From positions 1-44,110 of the IMG/VR virus record IMGVR_UViG_3300030376_001719: 44,110 bases of DNA. One strand, given 5' to 3'. This document shows, piece by piece, positions 44,073-44,110 of this stretch (the stretch's first letter is position 1; the number at the start of each line of letters is the position of its first letter). Below the pieces are notes generated by a model. That model was given only the letters and a program-made list of their open reading frames with translations. It searched no databases and was not told the DNA's origin. Made by a program: the position numbers and the translations under genes. The DNA comes from a virus (lineage: Duplodnaviria > Caudoviricetes).

Positions 44073-44110
44073 TTAATTAGAATCACGTTGTGAGTGTGCT
44101 TTGATTAATC

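Noticed and set aside
44081-44110. Direct circular join of window end to position 1
   Set aside because: No terminal overlap, and the ORF running off position 1 would stop after ~9 codons; some early-region sequence is probably missing
1-44110. CRISPR array, tRNA genes, introns, diversity-generating retroelement
   Set aside because: No regularly spaced repeats, cloverleafs, intron-sized interruptions or reverse transcriptase motifs noticed by eye

Overview
Near-complete genome of a T7-like marine cyanopodovirus (Autographiviridae, psbA+/hli+, i.e. the clade-B type; host probably Synechococcus/Prochlorococcus), with every credible gene on the minus strand. In transcription order (44110 to 1): small early genes; RNA polymerase (broken by a frameshift at about 40823); SSB; endonuclease I; primase-helicase; DNA polymerase split into exonuclease and polymerase ORFs; endo VII-like nuclease; exonuclease; NblA-like; DUF3310; MazG-like; two-subunit ribonucleotide reductase; portal; scaffold; psbA-hli island; major capsid; tail tubes A/B; three internal virion proteins (one with a muramidase domain); tail fibres; a membrane/secreted-protein cluster; small and large terminase. 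Bases ~1-700 look like the genome's left (early) end joined after the right end, so the contig appears circularly permuted. No integrase, talC, tRNA or CRISPR was seen. Main highlights: (1) a glutamine-riboswitch (Downstream-peptide-type) fold whose P2 loop contains a complete 60-codon gene, upstream of a DUF4278-like peptide; (2) a duplicated, covarying structured leader upstream of capsid-region genes; (3) a 21-bp exact repeat that is probably the phage RNAP promoter, with one copy inside the RNAP gene; (4) split DNA polymerase and frameshifted RNA polymerase. All product calls come from motif recognition and gene order by eye; no searches were run.
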